Shown here: piece by piece, positions 48,462-51,312 of the stretch
Layout: every line of letters starts with the position of its first letter
How positions within the stretch are numbered: position 1 is the first letter of the stretch
Source: an uncultured Bacilli bacterium
GTDB lineage: Bacteria > Bacillota_I > Bacilli_A > RF39 > UBA660
Reading direction: 5' to 3'
NCBI GenBank assembly: GCA_944358125.1
Contig: CALVQM010000001.1
Coordinates: 1 to 51,312, forward strand
DNA: 51,312 nt
Notes under the pieces: model-generated
Databases searched by the model: none
What the model saw: only the letters and a program-made list of their open reading frames with translations
Told to the model about the DNA's origin: nothing
Translations under genes and position numbers: made by a program

Positions 48462-48642
48462 TTACATCCCTCCTACTTTCATAAAACCCCCTGAATAAAA
48501 TCCAAGTAGTTATTACTACTCATAAAAAGAAAGCAGGCGCTACCACCAGTTAGATAACAGCATCTATTATGAAACTTTGTCTATAAAAAAGCAAGAGAAA
48601 GCGTTCGACAAATACTGACGTTTTCTGACATCTGTGTCGAAA

Positions 48643-48672
48643 ATAAAAAAATACCTATTTATTAAGGTATTT
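48643..48672 (-). terminator. intrinsic terminator of the XRE gene pair
   Basis: Minus strand AATACCT-loop-AGGTATT overlapping the stop, followed by TTTTTTTATTTT. Confidence 0.6.
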
Positions 48673-49113
48673 AGGATGGTCTATTTTACCAAGTAAATAA
48701 TCCGCAGAGATATTATATTTTTTACATATTTGGTATAAATAAGTTGTAGCAATAATATAATTCCCTTTTTCATATTTTGCTAACATAGAATTATCTACAT
48801 TTAAAATATCCGCTAATTTAATTTGGGTAAGATTATTTTCTTTTCTGATCTCTTTTAATCGTTCACTAGATAATTTGATATTAATTTCATCTCTTAAGTT
48901 TTTATATTTTTTAATATTAGTAAATTCAAATATATAATCAATTGAGACATTAAAATAGTTACATAAAGTATTTAGATGTATTATCGGGATGGTTTGCTCT
49001 TCTTTTTCATACCTGCTATATAAACTATCAGATATTTTTAATAAATTAGATATTTCAATATTAGTTTTCCCATATCTATCTCTTAATTGATATAATTTTA
49101 TACCATAGTTCAC
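48655..49113 (-). CDS. XRE-family regulator with two HTH_3 domains, 152 aa
   Basis: Two HTH repeats (ISNLLKISDSLYSRYEK and LADILNVDNSMLAKYEKG). GTG start at 49113 by alignment with the paralog at 49236..49694. Confidence 0.8.
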   Translation of the reverse strand: MNYGIKLYQLRDRYGKTNIEISNLLKISDSLYSRYEKEEQTIPIIHLNTLCNYFNVSIDYIFEFTNIKKYKNLRDEINIKLSSERLKEIRKENNLTQIKLADILNVDNSMLAKYEKGNYIIATTYLYQICKKYNISADYLLGKIDHPKYLNK

Positions 49114-49156
49114 GTATATCACCATATACAATTTCTCATATCTACGTTTTTTTGAC

Positions 49157-49174
49157 TATTTATTCGAATAAATA
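49157..49174. promoter_or_regulatory. 18-bp perfect palindrome operator candidate
   Basis: TATTTATTCGAATAAATA upstream of the XRE gene. Followed by a plus-strand TTGACT(49187)-17 nt-TATAAT(49210). Confidence 0.5.
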
Positions 49175-49235
49175 TTCCAAAAAATATTGACTTTAGTATA
49201 TTTAATATATATAATTATTGTAGAATTAAAGGTTC

Positions 49236-49694
49236 TTAACTAATATAACTTTTAGGTTTATCTGTTTTTCCTAATAGATAATCAGCGGAAATACCATATT
49301 TTTTGCAGATTTGGTATAAATAAGAAGTAGCAATTGGAAAAAGTGCTCTTTCATATTTTGAAATTGTAGAATTATCTGTATTTAATATGGTTGCAATTTT
49401 TAATTGAGTTAATTTGTTTTCTTTTCTAAATTCCTTTAATCTTTGAGAAGATAAGTTAATATTTATTTCTTTTTTAGATTTGTTATAGTTTTTTAATTTA
49501 GTAAAATTAAAAATATAATCTAATGAAACACCAAAATAATTACATAAAGTATTTAAATGTTTTATTGGGATAGTTTGCTTGTTTTTTTCGTATCTGCTAT
49601 ATAGGCTATCAGATATTTTTAATAAGTTTGCCATTTCTACATTAGTAAGTCCTTGACGATCTCTTAAATTAAATAGTTGTTTTCCATAGTCCAT
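49236..49694 (-). CDS. XRE-family regulator with two HTH_3 domains, 152 aa (tandem paralog)
   Basis: Colinear with 48655..49113 at roughly two-thirds identity by eye. Confidence 0.85.
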   Translation of the reverse strand: MDYGKQLFNLRDRQGLTNVEMANLLKISDSLYSRYEKNKQTIPIKHLNTLCNYFGVSLDYIFNFTKLKNYNKSKKEININLSSQRLKEFRKENKLTQLKIATILNTDNSTISKYERALFPIATSYLYQICKKYGISADYLLGKTDKPKSYIS

Positions 49695-49736
49695 AATATC
49701 ACCATAATTATTTTCTCTTATTCAGAGTAATTAGCC

Positions 49737-49754
49737 TATTTATCCGAATAAATA
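49737..49754. promoter_or_regulatory. operator candidate, second copy (17/18 palindrome)
   Basis: TATTTATCCGAATAAATA, followed by TTGACT(49767)-17 nt-TATAAT(49790) facing the surface-protein pseudogene. Confidence 0.5.
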
Positions 49755-49840
49755 TTCCAATTTTTCTTGACTATGCAAAACACTAATAGTATAATTAGAA
49801 TAGTTAAGGATCTTTAATTTTATGAAAGTAGATTATAAAA

Positions 49841-51184
49841 TTGAAGATAAATAAAGAAATAGAATTTGAAATATTACATTCTAATAAACATAGAATATAT
49901 CTTTTATGTGGTATTGTCTGTGTAGTGGTACTTATGGTTACTTTAATTGTTACGACATCAAAAGCTAAATATAGAACTACACAGAGTATTCATTTCATAC
50001 AGGGAACTATTAATTATTCTCCATATGATTATAGAACAGTAGCTATGTATATAGATGGAGAACCAGTAGATAACATTACCTGATGGTAAATATGAATTAA
50101 CAGAAGAATCATATTGTACTAATGAAGAGAATGTTAAAGATGAATCTATAACACTAAGTTATGATAGTGCTACTCAAGGGTTATTAATTACTCCGATGAA
50201 TAAGAAAGGAACAAAGTGTTATTTATACTTTGAGGAACAAAAGCCATCGAAAGATGTAATATTAGCTAAAGAAGGAGGAACAGCCGCAATAGAAGCAAAA
50301 GGAACTCCAAACTTTGCAACTGTTGCCACAACCGATATGGGAATGTATGCAGCCGAAGATGATTATGGAACAAGTTACTATTATAGAGGAGCTGTTCAAG
50401 ATAACTGGGTGCAGTTTGGAACAGATAGTAGTGGACAAGCACTCTATTGGAGAATCATAAGAATTAATGGAGATGCAACCATAAGACTCATCTATAATGG
50501 AATCAGTACTGCTCAAACAGGGGATAGTACTATGATAAGTACAGAAGAAGTATTCAATAGTGGTTGGAATGATAATATGTATGTAGGATATATGTACACG
50601 AATGGTCAACTGCATGGTTTGGGAACGAATAGTGATATCAAAACAACTATCGATAATTGGTATGCGAGTACTTAGCAGATGAAGCAGAATATTTAGAAGG
50701 GAGTACAGGCTTCTTTGGAGATAGAACTATTGATCCAACAAGTAGTGGAACCGGAATAGGAACTAGTGCTACTGATTATGCAGCCTATCACCGATTAGTA
50801 AGTAATAAAGCCCCAATATTAACCTGTCCAGATAAGCAAGACTTGTATACAACAAGCGGAAGTAGTACAGGAAATGCAGCGTTACAATATCCAGTAGGAC
50901 TCATCACTGCTGATGAAGCCACGTTTGCAGGGACTTTTCCATGGTCTGGCAATAATAATAATAATTATCTAAAGACAGGACGCTCATACTGGACTATGTC
51001 TCCGTATCACGGTTTCCATGCTTACGTGTTTTATGTGGCTTATTCCGGCAGTATGGGTGGCTACTACGTAGATGAAACGTTTGAGGACTCGTATGGCGTC
51101 AGACCAGTCATAAACCTACGTGCTGATATAGAAATAACCGGCTCCGGAACAACATCCGACCCATTTAAATTATCAGTCGAATAA
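49841..51184 (+). pseudogene. frameshifted paralog of the 500-aa surface protein
   Basis: Three consecutive ORFs (49841..50083, 50196..50675, 50657..51184) are colinear with 8619..10121. Shared segments are AKYRTTQSIHFIQGTINYSP, NKKGTKCYLYF, YWRIIRINGD, NWY and YWTMSP...GVRPVINLRADIEITGSGTTSDPF. Frame changes fall near 50070..50083 and 50664..50669. Confidence 0.8.
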
Positions 51185-51312
51185 TATTATCAGTCGATTT
51201 TAAAAAATTTGGTTTAAAAGCTAGACTTTTTTTGCGTTTTCGACTGATAACATTTATAAATTTAACAACTGGTTTAGTAAATCTTGGTCATCATTCCAAT
51301 CTTCAAGATACT

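Noticed and set aside
46845-49694. Intact prophage (endolysin-like amidase plus cI/Cro-like XRE pair)
   Set aside because: No integrase, terminase, capsid, tail or holin genes are in the window. At most this is a remnant.
50070-50669. Programmed frameshifting or phase variation in the split surface-protein gene
   Set aside because: Neither junction contains a homopolymer, a repeat tract or a slippery heptamer. Two independent shifts plus loss of the middle domain fit decay better.

Overview
This window is the replication-origin region of a strongly AT-rich, endospore-forming Firmicute. Sporulation markers are spoIIR, spoVT, ricT and a bofA-like gene, and the SRP RNA is a short 4.5S type.

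The minus strand carries a conserved housekeeping run. Reading from about 40 kb down to 0 kb it is dnaA-dnaN-(comK-like)-recF-gyrB-gyrA, SRP RNA-tadA-dnaX-ybaB-recR, holB-ricT-trmN6-pth-mfd-spoVT, metG, murA, rpmE, truA-rplM-rpsI, then mnmE-mnmG-rsmG. On the plus strand, rpmH-rnpA-yidC-jag leave the origin in the other direction.

Two centromere/nucleoid-type DNA signals overlie this core. Five parS palindromes sit in one 0.45 kb non-coding stretch. At least six perfect Noc-binding-site palindromes (TATTTCCCGGGAAATA) are present, mostly inside genes.

Accessory material interrupts the core in several places:
- three copies of a type I toxin-antitoxin-like module (one intact, one shortened, one internally deleted)
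- an m5C restriction-modification cassette with a small ribbon-helix-helix (RHH) gene
- an AAA ATPase with twin palindromic operators
- two paralogous XRE-regulator/surface-protein loci, one of them frameshifted

The best candidate for an undescribed system is a four-gene operon at 42.7-46.8 kb. It sits exactly where jag|mnmE synteny is broken. It encodes a 38-aa hydrophobic peptide, a free-standing AlaRS-catalytic-core-like protein, a radical-SAM/histidine-phosphatase fusion and an S51 (PepE-like) peptidase.

All calls come from reading the sequence and the ORF translations. No database search was run.
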